DNA of 64,000 nucleotides, taken from Candidatus Polarisedimenticolaceae bacterium. GTDB taxonomy: Bacteria > Acidobacteriota > Polarisedimenticolia > Polarisedimenticolales > DASRJG01. The translations under genes were made by a program, and so were the position numbers. This document shows positions 16,662 to 25,064 of the stretch, piece after piece. Where the stretch lies: the NCBI GenBank assembly GCA_036275915.1, contig DASUCV010000009.1:223198-287197 (forward strand), in the 5' to 3' direction. The notes under the pieces were generated by a model. The model had not been told where the DNA came from. It did no database searches and saw nothing but the letters and a program-made list of their open reading frames with translations. Within the stretch, counting starts at the first letter, position 1. Every line of letters begins with the position of its first letter.

Positions 16662-18515
16662 CTAGCGCAACGACACGAACGCCATGTAAACGATCCCGGC
16701 GATTCCCGTCGCGCTCGCGAGGAAGAGGCCCCGATTCGCGGCGACGGCGACCGCGCCGGCGGCTCCCGACGCCTTGGCGCGCCGGGCGCGGAGGATGACG
16801 ATCGGAACGAGGAGAACGACATCGAGCACCAGCGGCACGAGCAAGAACCAGAACGGCTCGAGCCAGCCCCCCGAGAAGAGACCGGCCGTTCCGCCGGCGA
16901 CCGCGAGGTCCATGCCGCGCATGAAGAAGAGCAGCGCCACGCCGGCGACGGCGAGCGCGCCGCCCGTCTGCGCCGTGTAGGCGTCGTGCTCCGTCCGGTC
17001 CGGGCTCACCTGGGCGCCGGTGAGGCGGCTGTGGACGGCGCCGTAACCGACATAGATGACGAAGCCGAAGTTGAGCCACGCGGCGAAGCGGAGCCACGAG
17101 GTCGGCGGCAAGAAATAGATCAAGTAGAGACAGGAGATGATGCCGAGCACCGGGAGAACGATCCCGCCGGGAACGCGGAACGGCCTCGGACGATTCGGGT
17201 CCTTCCGCCGGAGCACGATCGTGCCGGCGCAGACGAGGATGAACGCGAAGAGCGTTCCGATGTTCGTCAGGTCGACCATCTCGTCGAGGCTCGCGACCGC
17301 GGCGAAGACCCCGACGAAGAGTCCGGTGATGATCGTCGAGATGTGGGGCGTCCGGAAGCGCGGGTGCACCTTGTAGAAGGCTGGCGGGAGCAGCCCGTCG
17401 CGCGCCATCGAGAAGAAGATGCGGGGCTGGCCGAGCTGGAAGACGAGGAGCACCGCCGTGTGCGCGACGACGGAGCCGAACGCGACGATGCCGACGGCGA
17501 AGCCGAGCTTCGGGCTCGCGTGCTGGAGGGCGAGGGTCAGCGGCTCGGCCTGCTGGCTCGCGAGCGTCTTCGTCAGATCGGGGTAAGAGATGAGGCCGGT
17601 GAAGACCGCCGCGACGACGACGTAGACGACGGTGCACACGGCGAGCGACGCGATGATCCCGATCGGGAGGCTGCGCTGCGGGTCGCGCGTCTCCTCGGCG
17701 ACGGTCGAGACGGCGTCGAAGCCGATGTAGGCGAAGAAGACGATCGCCGCACCGGCGCTGATGCCGACGAAGCCGCCCGGCGCGAACGGCGTCCAATTCG
17801 CCGGCTTGACCCAGTAGCACCCGACGACGACGAAGAACGCGAGGATGACGAGCTTGATCCCGACCATGATCGCGTTGAAGCGGGCGCTCTCCCGGATCCC
17901 CCAGACGAGGACGATCGTTATCGCGGCGACGATGAGGACGGCGGGCAGGTTGAAGACGATCGGGATGCCGAAGAGGTGCGGTGCCGCCTTGAAGACGGTC
18001 GAGACGCCCGACGCGTCGATCATGTGGGACGCGGTCCGGTAATCGGTCGAGAGCCAGTCGGGGATGACGATCCCGAAGCCCGCGACGAACGTCTTGAAGT
18101 AGTTCGCCCAGCTGATCGCGACCGCGATGTTCCCGACCGCGTACTCGATGATGAGGTCCCAGCCGATGATCCACGCCACGATCTCGCCGAGCGTCGCGTA
18201 CGCGTACGTGTACGCGGAGCCCGAGATCGGCACCATCGCCGCCAGCTCGGCGTAGCAGAGCGCCGTGAAGCTGCACACGACCGCGGGGATGACGAACGAC
18301 AGCATGAGCGCGGGCCCGGCGCCGGGCCGGTTCGCGTCGCCCGCCGCCGCGGTGCCGATCGTCGCGAAGATCCCCGCGCCGATGATCGCGCCGATCCCGA
18401 GCAAGGTGATCTGGAGCGGGCCGAGCGCGCGGCGGAGCTTGTGCTCGGTGTCTTCCGCGTCGCGCAGGATCGAATCCAGCGATTTGATCCGGAAGAGGCG
18501 GCCGCGCGAGCTCAC
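16662..18515 (-). CDS. Amino acid permease (APC superfamily, cationic-amino-acid-transporter-like), 617 aa
   Basis: APC signature regions ...LLGIGAIIGAGIFATIG... and ...CYAELAAMVPISGSAYTYAY... with 12-14 TM segments. The track ORF (to 19058) has 181 Arg-rich leading codons overlapping the upstream gene. GTG at 18515-18513 gives MSSRGRLFRIKSLD...; this start is less certain than the gene itself. Confidence 0.85.
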   Translation of the reverse strand: MSSRGRLFRIKSLDSILRDAEDTEHKLRRALGPLQITLLGIGAIIGAGIFATIGTAAAGDANRPGAGPALMLSFVIPAVVCSFTALCYAELAAMVPISGSAYTYAYATLGEIVAWIIGWDLIIEYAVGNIAVAISWANYFKTFVAGFGIVIPDWLSTDYRTASHMIDASGVSTVFKAAPHLFGIPIVFNLPAVLIVAAITIVLVWGIRESARFNAIMVGIKLVILAFFVVVGCYWVKPANWTPFAPGGFVGISAGAAIVFFAYIGFDAVSTVAEETRDPQRSLPIGIIASLAVCTVVYVVVAAVFTGLISYPDLTKTLASQQAEPLTLALQHASPKLGFAVGIVAFGSVVAHTAVLLVFQLGQPRIFFSMARDGLLPPAFYKVHPRFRTPHISTIITGLFVGVFAAVASLDEMVDLTNIGTLFAFILVCAGTIVLRRKDPNRPRPFRVPGGIVLPVLGIISCLYLIYFLPPTSWLRFAAWLNFGFVIYVGYGAVHSRLTGAQVSPDRTEHDAYTAQTGGALAVAGVALLFFMRGMDLAVAGGTAGLFSGGWLEPFWFLLVPLVLDVVLLVPIVILRARRAKASGAAGAVAVAANRGLFLASATGIAGIVYMAFVSLR

Positions 18516-18526
18516 GATTGCGGACT

Positions 18527-20362
18527 CTACCGCATTCCTCCTGTCAATCGTTCGAGCTCTTGCCGGATCGCGGGGTCGGACGGGCTCAGGCGCGCGCCTT
18601 CCTGAAGCTCCGATCGCGCCGCCTCGATCTCCCGCCGCTGGACGAGGAGCCTCGCGAGATTGACACGCGCGTCCGACTGCCTGGGGTCGATCTCGAGACT
18701 GCGGCGGAGGTGCGCGATCGCCTCGTCGGTGCGGCCCGTGTTGCCGAGCACCACCGCGATCCCGTCGTGCGCGAGGGCGTGCCCCGGGTCGATGCGCAAA
18801 GCCTCGACGAAGCTCGCCTCGGCTTCCGCGAGCTTGCCTTCGCGGGTACGCACGGCGCCGAGCGTGGCGAAGAGGTCCGCGTCGCCCGGCCGCGAACGCA
18901 CGGCCTGCGTCAGGGCCTCGTCCGCCTCGCCCTGCTTCCCCTCCTGCATGAGCAGGACGCCGAGGTTCGCGTTCGCGACGGCGTGCGCGGGGTCCAGCGT
19001 CAGGATGCGGCGATAAACGTCGATCGCCTCGACCCCTCTTCCGGTCCTCGAGAGGCACGCGGCCAGCCGCTCGAGGGCGAAGAGCGCGTCCGGACGAGAC
19101 TTCAGGGCTTCCCGATACTGCCCGATCGCCTCCGCATCGCGACCGCGCGCCGCGAGCTCATTGGCGAGGCCCATGCGCGCCAGCGCGTTCCCGGCGTCGA
19201 CCTCCACGGCGTGGCCGAACAGCGTGAGACCGTCGCGCCAGACCGCGGCCTGGCCGTAGGAGACGCACGCGAGCACCGTCAGCACCACGGCCGTGCTCCA
19301 CGCGAGCGTGACTCTCCGGCGGACGAGGTCCGCGACACCCCAGACCACGACGATGAAAAGGCCCACGAGAGGCACGTAGGTGTAACGATCCGCGCGGCTC
19401 TGCTCGCCGACCTGGACGATGCCGATCACCGGGACGAGCGTGACGAGGTACCAGCCGACGCCCGTCACGAGGTACGGGCGACGGAGGCGCCACGCGAGCA
19501 CGACCGCCGCGACGAGCGCGATGAGCGACACCGCGATCTGCCACTCCGCGATCGGGATCACGTAGGGGTAGTGGATCGACAGCGGATGAGGCCAGAACAT
19601 CTTCTCGGCATAGACGCCGTACGAGACGATCGCGTTCGCAGCGCGCGCACCGAGCGGGACGACCTGGAGCGATCCGACGATCGACCACTGCGCGGCGAGC
19701 GTGACCACGCACGACGCCGCGGACAGCGCGAGCAGCGGAAGCTTCTCGAGCAGGGCTCGCCTCTCGAGCGGCCAGACATCGAGGAGCATGAGCGTCAGCG
19801 GGAATGTGACGAGCATCGGCTTCGAGAGGAGGCCGAGGACGAACGCCGCGACGACCACCGCGTAGGCGCCGCCCGAAGGCCGTCTCACCCAGCGGAGGTA
19901 AGCGGCGATCCCGAGGAACCAGAACACCGTGCTCAGCACGTCCTTCCGCTCGCTGATCCAGGCGACGGACTCGACGTGAAGCGGGTGGAGCGCGAAGAGC
20001 GCCGCGACGGTCGCGCTCCTCGCGGCGGAGCGGGTCATCGCCGCCAGGACATGGAAGAGAAGGAGCGTCGCCAAGACGTGGAGGATGACGTTCGTCGCAT
20101 GGAACACCGCCGGCGAGCGCCCGCCGATCGTCGCGTCGAGCATCAGCGAGATCCACGTCAAGGGATGCCAGTTGGAGGCCTCGAACGTGCGGAACGCCCA
20201 CGCGACGTTCCCCGGCGTCAGACCGCCCAGCACATGCGGGTTCTTCGTGACGTAAGTCGGATCGTCGACGCCGGCGAAATCGAAGCCGACCGTTTGCGCG
20301 TAGACCGCGACGGTGGCGGCCGTCAGGCCGAAATCGAACCCGAGCGTGGACCGTCGCAGCAT
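18527..20362 (-). CDS. Polytopic membrane protein with C-terminal TPR repeats, architecture like TMTC/PMT-type (GT-C) O-mannosyltransferases (DUF1736-like region)
   Basis: The N-terminal half of about 400 aa has many TM segments and the conserved stretch ...DDPTYVTKNPHV...NWHPLTWISLMLD...FHATNVILHVL...ALFALHPLHVESVAWISERKDVLS.... The C-terminal part of about 200 aa has TPR units (...AIGQYREALKSRPD..., AIDVYRRILTLDPAHA...). The ATG at 20362-20360 was verified; the track ORF start at 20491 adds 43 implausible codons. Confidence 0.7.
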   Translation of the reverse strand: MLRRSTLGFDFGLTAATVAVYAQTVGFDFAGVDDPTYVTKNPHVLGGLTPGNVAWAFRTFEASNWHPLTWISLMLDATIGGRSPAVFHATNVILHVLATLLLFHVLAAMTRSAARSATVAALFALHPLHVESVAWISERKDVLSTVFWFLGIAAYLRWVRRPSGGAYAVVVAAFVLGLLSKPMLVTFPLTLMLLDVWPLERRALLEKLPLLALSAASCVVTLAAQWSIVGSLQVVPLGARAANAIVSYGVYAEKMFWPHPLSIHYPYVIPIAEWQIAVSLIALVAAVVLAWRLRRPYLVTGVGWYLVTLVPVIGIVQVGEQSRADRYTYVPLVGLFIVVVWGVADLVRRRVTLAWSTAVVLTVLACVSYGQAAVWRDGLTLFGHAVEVDAGNALARMGLANELAARGRDAEAIGQYREALKSRPDALFALERLAACLSRTGRGVEAIDVYRRILTLDPAHAVANANLGVLLMQEGKQGEADEALTQAVRSRPGDADLFATLGAVRTREGKLAEAEASFVEALRIDPGHALAHDGIAVVLGNTGRTDEAIAHLRRSLEIDPRQSDARVNLARLLVQRREIEAARSELQEGARLSPSDPAIRQELERLTGGMR

Positions 20363-20425
20363 CCCCGATGGAACTCTACCGCATCGTTCGGCGCTACGAT
20401 GGCTCGCCCTAGAAGGAGGAGTCCG

Positions 20426-22411
20426 ATGCTGCGCACGAGCGCCCTCATCTTGCTGCTCGCCCTCTCCCCGGCCCGCGCCGAGGACGTTCACCCGACGGCG
20501 ATCGACGTCGCCCGCCTACGCGCTGCGAGCGATCCGGCGATCTCCGCCGACGGACGCCTCGCAGCGTACGTCGTCCAGGAGCCGAAGCTCGATCCCGACG
20601 CGAAGCCGAAGGACGGCGACACCACCGCGGGATGGTCGAAGAAGGCGCGTGTCTACGTCGTGCCGACTGCCGGTGGGGCGCCGAAGGCGATGACGTGGGA
20701 AGCGGACAGCATCTCGGGCCTCACGTTCTCTCCCGACGGACGCTCGCTCGCCTTTCTCCGTAAAGAAGGAGACAAGACGCGCCTGCGCGTGCTCCCGCTC
20801 GACGGCGGCGAGGCGCGGATGGTCGATACCGGGAAGCTCGAGCCTGGATCGCTCGCGTTCACGCCCGACGGCAGCCGCATCGCGTTCCTCGCCCAGACGC
20901 CCGAGACCGACGACGAGAAGGCCGCGAAGTTCAAGAGCGGCGGCGCCGAGCATTACGGGCACGAGTGGAAGCCGTCACACCTGTGGACGGTCCCTCTCGA
21001 GGGCGGCGAAGCGGCGCAGGCGTTCCGCGGCCCGCAGCACGTGGTCGAGTACGCGTTCTCACCGAACGGGAAAAGGCTCGCGCTCGTCCTGGCGCCGTCG
21101 TCCGATCCGTACGATGCGTCGAACCTGCTGCGACCGGCGATCGCCGACGTGAGCGGAGACGTCGCACGGTTCCTCGACGACAAGCCGGCGAATCTCCAGG
21201 GGATCGCGTGGTCGCCCGACGGGAAGAAGGTCGCGTGGATGAAGGGGGTGGAGACCCTCTCCCTCCTGAACGACCTCGTCGTCGCGGATCCCGACGGGCT
21301 CGGACGGACGAACGCCGCCGCGAAGCTCGATCCGACCCTCCAGTCGTTCGCCTGGCGCGGCGACTCTTCGTCGCTCGTGGCGCTCGTCGGCGAGAAGACC
21401 CGCTCGCGCCTGGTTCTCTTGGCCGCGGACGGCTCGCGGGTGCGCGATCTCGCGGTCCCGCCCGATCGTGTGCTCAATCCGATCGTCGCCGACAAGACCG
21501 CGAGCCGGCTCGTGACCCTCTCCTCGACCTTCACCGAGCCCGCAAACCCCTCGTCCTACGACGTCGAAGCCCAGAAGCTCAGCGTCCTCGCCGACGTCAA
21601 CCCCGAGGCGGCGAGCTGGCCGCATGGCACGATCGAGGTCGTCACCTGGAAGAGCCCCGAAGGCGCCACGATCGAAGGCGTGCTCACGACGAGCCCGAGC
21701 GTTACGTCAGGGACCAAGCCGCCGCTCATCGTCATGCCCCACGGCGGCCCCGACTCGATGACGACGGTCGGCTTCTCGATCTGGACCTCCTACTTCGGCG
21801 CGCGCGGCTACTCGGTCTTCCGCCCGAACTACCGCGGCAGCACCGCGTACGGGCACGACTTCTACGCCGCGAACCGCGGCCGCCTCGGCCCGATCGAGTT
21901 CATGGACATCGAGAGCGGTGTCGATGCCTTGATCAAGTCCGGCAAGGCGGATGCGTCACGCCTCTTCTACGGCGGCTGGTCCTGGGGCGGCTACCTCACC
22001 GTCTGGACGATCGGCCACACGACGCGCTACCGCGCGGCGGTCGCCGGCGCGGCCGTCGTCGACACCGTGTTCCAGTACGTGACCTCCGACATCAACCACG
22101 GCATCGCGGCGGAGTGGGAGTTCAAGGGGAACCCCTGGAAGCAGCTCGATCACTTCGACGCTTCGAGCCCGATGCGCTCCCTCGGCAAGGTCGCGACGCC
22201 GACCCTCGTCATCCACGGCGAGTCCGACGACCGTGTCCCCTTCGCGAACGGCCGCATGCTGTACCGCGCGATCTCCGACATCGGCGGCGAGGTCGAGTTC
22301 TACGCCTACCCGCGCGAGCCGCACGGTTTCAGGGAGAAGGCGCACATCGTCGACTTCCTGACACGCTGGGCGGAGTGGTACAAGGCGCACGACGAAACTC
22401 ACGGGCCCTGA
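20426..22411 (+). CDS. S9 family serine peptidase (prolyl oligopeptidase / acylaminoacyl-peptidase type) with N-terminal beta-propeller, exported
   Basis: AGGAGGAgtccg precedes the ATG at 20426. Signal peptide MLRTSALILLLALSPARA. Propeller repeats (FSPDGRSLAF, FTPDGSRIAF, FSPNGKRLA, WSPDGKKVAW). Catalytic triad context GGWSWGG, HGESDDRVP and EPHGF. The upstream 636 codons of the track ORF are antisense to the previous gene. Confidence 0.9.
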   Translation: MLRTSALILLLALSPARAEDVHPTAIDVARLRAASDPAISADGRLAAYVVQEPKLDPDAKPKDGDTTAGWSKKARVYVVPTAGGAPKAMTWEADSISGLTFSPDGRSLAFLRKEGDKTRLRVLPLDGGEARMVDTGKLEPGSLAFTPDGSRIAFLAQTPETDDEKAAKFKSGGAEHYGHEWKPSHLWTVPLEGGEAAQAFRGPQHVVEYAFSPNGKRLALVLAPSSDPYDASNLLRPAIADVSGDVARFLDDKPANLQGIAWSPDGKKVAWMKGVETLSLLNDLVVADPDGLGRTNAAAKLDPTLQSFAWRGDSSSLVALVGEKTRSRLVLLAADGSRVRDLAVPPDRVLNPIVADKTASRLVTLSSTFTEPANPSSYDVEAQKLSVLADVNPEAASWPHGTIEVVTWKSPEGATIEGVLTTSPSVTSGTKPPLIVMPHGGPDSMTTVGFSIWTSYFGARGYSVFRPNYRGSTAYGHDFYAANRGRLGPIEFMDIESGVDALIKSGKADASRLFYGGWSWGGYLTVWTIGHTTRYRAAVAGAAVVDTVFQYVTSDINHGIAAEWEFKGNPWKQLDHFDASSPMRSLGKVATPTLVIHGESDDRVPFANGRMLYRAISDIGGEVEFYAYPREPHGFREKAHIVDFLTRWAEWYKAHDETHGP

Positions 22412-22441
22412 CTCCGTAGAAGCGAGCGAGGGAGGGTTTCC

Positions 22442-23710
22442 ATGTCCACGACCCGGCGTGAATTCGTGGCGACGATGGCTCTGGCATCGCTCGGCCTTGC
22501 CTGCAAGACGAAGTCGGACGGAGGCGCCGGCGCCCCGCAGGCGGCCGCAAAGAAGCGGATCCTCATCCTCGGCGGCACGGGGTTCCTCGGGCCGAAGACG
22601 GTCGAGGCGGCGCTCGCGCGAGGGCACGACGTGACGATCTTCAACCGCGGGAAGCGAGAGAAGACCCTCCCCTTCCCCTACAAGAACGTCGAGCACCTCT
22701 ACGGCAACCGCGATCCCCTGCTGCCCGCGGAGGACGACAAGGGACCGGACGGCAAGCTGTTGAAGCCGGACGCGACGCCGAAGGGGCTCGAGCAGCTCCA
22801 GGGCAAGACCTGGGACGCCGTGATCGACAATTCGGGCTACTACCCGCGCATGGTCAAGGCTTCCGCCGAGCTGCTCGCGCCGAACGTGAAGCAGTACATC
22901 TACATCTCGAGCGTCTCCTGCTACGCGAGCAACAAGACGGTCGGTGCCGACGAGACGGCGCCGCTCGCGACGATCCCCGATCCGACCGTCGAGACGATGG
23001 GACCGAACTTCGAGAACTACGGCGCCTTGAAGGGCTACTGCGAGAAGGCGACCCAGGATGTATTCAAAGAGCGCGCGGCGATCGTGCGGCCGGGCTTCAT
23101 CGTCGGCCCCGGCGATCCGAGCGACCGGTTCACCTACTGGCCGGTGCGGATCGCGAAAGGCGGCGAGGTCCTCGCTCCCGGATCGCCCGACGATCCTACC
23201 GAGTGGATCGACGTGCGCGACCTCGCGGATTGGCTCGTCAAGCTCGTCGAGGACGGAACGGCGGGGACGTTCAACGCCCTCGGCCCCGCGCCGCCGGCGA
23301 AGTGGGGCGACGTCCTCACGGCCTGCGTCGCCGGTGCGAAGAGCGGCGCCACGTTGACCTGGGTCTCCGCCGATTGGCTCCAGAAGAACGGCAAGGACGA
23401 GGACGCCTTTCCGATCTGGCTCCCGCCGACCGGCGACTCCGCCGGCTTCCACACGTGGAGCTGCGAGCGTGCGCGGAAAGCAGGGCTCACCTTCCGCCTC
23501 GTGAGCGACACCGTCGCCGCGACGCTCGCCTGGATCCCGGCCGAGATGGAGCGGCGGGTCAAGGTCACGAAGGAGATGCAGGACGCGGCGAAGGCCGCCG
23601 GGAAGGAGCCGCCGAAGATGGCGGACCCGAACGTGCTCCGGGCCGGGCCGACGGCGGCGCGGGAGGCCGAGCTCCTGGCCAAGTGGAAGGCTGCCCCGAA
23701 GTCCGCATAG
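22442..23710 (+). CDS. NAD(P)-binding epimerase/dehydratase-family (extended SDR) protein with a twin-arginine signal peptide
   Basis: The N-terminus MSTTRREFVATMALASLGLACKT has a Tat-like RR motif plus an h-region. Rossmann motif ILILGGTGFLG. SD GGGAGGG lies upstream. Confidence 0.8.
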   Translation: MSTTRREFVATMALASLGLACKTKSDGGAGAPQAAAKKRILILGGTGFLGPKTVEAALARGHDVTIFNRGKREKTLPFPYKNVEHLYGNRDPLLPAEDDKGPDGKLLKPDATPKGLEQLQGKTWDAVIDNSGYYPRMVKASAELLAPNVKQYIYISSVSCYASNKTVGADETAPLATIPDPTVETMGPNFENYGALKGYCEKATQDVFKERAAIVRPGFIVGPGDPSDRFTYWPVRIAKGGEVLAPGSPDDPTEWIDVRDLADWLVKLVEDGTAGTFNALGPAPPAKWGDVLTACVAGAKSGATLTWVSADWLQKNGKDEDAFPIWLPPTGDSAGFHTWSCERARKAGLTFRLVSDTVAATLAWIPAEMERRVKVTKEMQDAAKAAGKEPPKMADPNVLRAGPTAAREAELLAKWKAAPKSA

Positions 23711-23720
23711 AATTCGGCGA

Positions 23721-25064
23721 ATGAGCGACCACCGCCTCCGCGTCTACGAGTCGATCCTCGAGCTGCTGTCGAGCGAGGACAATCCCACGCCGATCGTCCG
23801 CCTGAACAAGGTGGTCCCGTACAAGCACACCCAGGTCTTCGCGAAGCTCGAGTGGTACAACCCGTTCGGCGCCGTGAAGGATCGCATCGCGGCGAACCTG
23901 CTCGCCGACGCCGAGAAGCGCGGCGCGATCACGCCCGGCACGACGACGCTCGTCGAGCCGACGTCGGGGAACACCGGCCTCGGCCTCTCGATGATGGCGA
24001 ACGCGAAGGGCTACAAGCTGCGCACGCCGCTCTCGAACAAGATCCCGCAGGAGAAGCGGGCGGCGCTCCGCTTCTTCGGTGCGGACGTCATCGAGCTGAA
24101 CGACGAGCTGTGCCCGGCGCCCGGCGCGCCCGAAGGCGCGATCGCGGTCGCCCGGCAGCTCGCGTTCATGCCGGACTTCCACATGCTCGATCAGTACCGG
24201 AACGAGGCGAACCCCGAGAGCCACTACAAGACGACGGGTCCCGAGATCTGGAAGCAGACCGGCGGCAAGGTGACGCACTTCGCCGCGGGGCTCGGCACCT
24301 GCGGCACGATCACGGGCACGGGGCGCTTCCTCAAGGAGAAGAATCCGGCGGTCAAGGTAATCGGCGTGCATCCGGCGGAAGGCCACGACATCCCCGGCGT
24401 GCGCAGCATCGTGCAGCTCAAGCAGACCGAGCTGTTCCGCCCCGCCGAGTACGACGCGATGGTCGAGGTCCCGAACGACGAGGCGTACGCGCTCTGCCTT
24501 CGCCTCGTCCGGGAAGAGTCGATCATCGCGGGCCCCAGCTCGGGCATGGCGCTCGCGGGCGCGCTCAGGGTCGTTCCCGACGAGCCGGGCAACATGCTCG
24601 TCGTCATCTTCCCCGACAACATCTTCAAGTACGCGTCGTCGGTCGTGCGCCATTTCCCCGGGCTCTTTCCGCCCGCGGAGGCGCCCGTGCCCGCCGGCGC
24701 GGCGCAGGTCTTCGCGCGGCTCTACGACGAGATGGTGCGCCACGCGAAGGTTTCGCGCGACGCGGTGGACACGACGGAAGCGCAGGCGTTGATCTCGAAG
24801 AACGCCCTCGTCATCGACGTCCGCGGACCGGACCGCTTCGAAGACGCGCACGTCGCGGGCTCGATCAACATCCCCCTCCTCGAGCTGGGAACCTCGGCGG
24901 GCCTCCCCGCCGACCGCGACCGGCCGATCGTCTGCGTCTGCGACGTCGGCAACATCTCCGCCAACGGTATGCTCTACATCAAGTCGCTCGGCTACTCGAA
25001 CGTAAAGAGCTTGAGCGGAGGGATGCGCGCGTGGGCGATGCAGGGGCTGCCGATCGAGCCGTAG
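23721..25064 (+). CDS. Cysteine synthase-family PLP enzyme fused to a C-terminal rhodanese domain, 447 aa
   Basis: CysK/CysM-like: PTPIVRLNK..., PLP-lysine motif NPFGAVKDR (Lys codon 23877-23879), TSGNTGLGL, GLGTCGTITG and GPSSG. The C-terminal part of about 100 aa is rhodanese-like (...VIDVRGPDRFEDAHVAGSINIP...) with an active-site loop CVCDVGNIS (Cys codons 24933-24941). Confidence 0.85.
   Translation: MSDHRLRVYESILELLSSEDNPTPIVRLNKVVPYKHTQVFAKLEWYNPFGAVKDRIAANLLADAEKRGAITPGTTTLVEPTSGNTGLGLSMMANAKGYKLRTPLSNKIPQEKRAALRFFGADVIELNDELCPAPGAPEGAIAVARQLAFMPDFHMLDQYRNEANPESHYKTTGPEIWKQTGGKVTHFAAGLGTCGTITGTGRFLKEKNPAVKVIGVHPAEGHDIPGVRSIVQLKQTELFRPAEYDAMVEVPNDEAYALCLRLVREESIIAGPSSGMALAGALRVVPDEPGNMLVVIFPDNIFKYASSVVRHFPGLFPPAEAPVPAGAAQVFARLYDEMVRHAKVSRDAVDTTEAQALISKNALVIDVRGPDRFEDAHVAGSINIPLLELGTSAGLPADRDRPIVCVCDVGNISANGMLYIKSLGYSNVKSLSGGMRAWAMQGLPIEP

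Noticed and set aside
14680-18276. A 1198-aa minus-strand ORF spanning the kinase and permease genes.
   Set aside because: It is an alternative frame of two genes that have clear Hanks-kinase and APC-permease sequence. The translation is low-complexity R/G/P/A. It crosses a real gene boundary, which a genuine gene would not.
18521-20385. The 12-mer ATGCGGTAGAGT (minus strand) occurs 11-13 nt upstream of both the permease start (18515) and the TMTC-like start (20362), forming a mini-ORF ATG-CGG-TAG.
   Set aside because: Hundreds of chance 12-mer repeats are expected in 128 kb of two-strand sequence. In one case the motif is simply the C-terminal coding sequence (…GGMR*) of the upstream gene. 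I see no supporting third copy.
18518-20425. The first 636 codons of the 1297-aa plus-strand ORF (18518-22411).
   Set aside because: They are antisense to the TMTC-like gene and Arg/Asp/Glu-rich. The real S9 peptidase begins at ATG 20426, which has AGGAGG and a signal peptide.
23852-25030. The N-terminal 393 codons of the 1022-aa ORF (23852-26920).
   Set aside because: They are an alternative frame of the cysteine-synthase gene. The VWA-family sequence only begins after the GTG at 25031 (SD GGAGGG).
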